Assembly (NCBI GenBank): GCA_026770705.1
Contig: JANJGN010000126.1
Coordinates: forward strand, 496,001-560,000
Reading direction: 5' to 3'
DNA length: 64,000 nt
From: Isurus oxyrinchus
Taxonomy: Eukaryota
Positions 63,816 to 64,000 of this stretch are shown piece after piece. How positions within the stretch are numbered: the first letter of the stretch is position 1; each line of letters begins with the position of its first letter. The notes beneath the pieces are model-generated. The model was not told the DNA's origin. It searched no databases and saw only the letters and a list, made by a program, of their open reading frames with translations. The position numbers were made by a program, and so were the translations under genes.

Positions 63816-64000
63816 ATGCCAAATTACCAACAAATCGACAACTGTCCCAGGTTTATGAACGTTGCTATTGTCACTGCAGTTGGATCCCTGCGAGCAAGTT
63901 CAGGCTGTTCTATGCACGAGTGACTGATATGGGACTCCAGCAAGCTGAGAGCCTAGTCACCCCCTGCTCACTAGATGAATATCAGGATCGCAGCTCCAGT

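Overview
Eukaryotic, AT-rich, repeat-dense DNA that reads as cartilaginous fish (shark/ray-type CR1, L2-like and Penelope elements, shark-type SINEs, shark-type IgH TM exons). The main content is a tandem cluster of two-exon class A GPCRs of the GPR139/GPR142-like type: one intact gene (A, 9885->7527, 325 aa), three full-structure pseudogenes (B, C, D), one decayed exon 2 (E) and two fragments (F, G). Two orphan immunoglobulin heavy-chain TM1+TM2 exon pairs with no visible CH exons lie among them. The most notable signal is in the promoters. All four GPCR copies with a visible exon 1 have an O/E(EBF)-like site 11-12 nt upstream of a TATA-like box. A and C have an intact homeodomain site 2 nt before it, D has a degenerate one, and A, B and C share an upstream CAGCTG E-box. 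This resembles olfactory-receptor promoter grammar. Together with birth-and-death decay and variable pocket residues, it suggests, as inference only, a chemosensory (or B-lineage) GPCR repertoire. Repeat boundaries and family names were judged by eye and are approximate.
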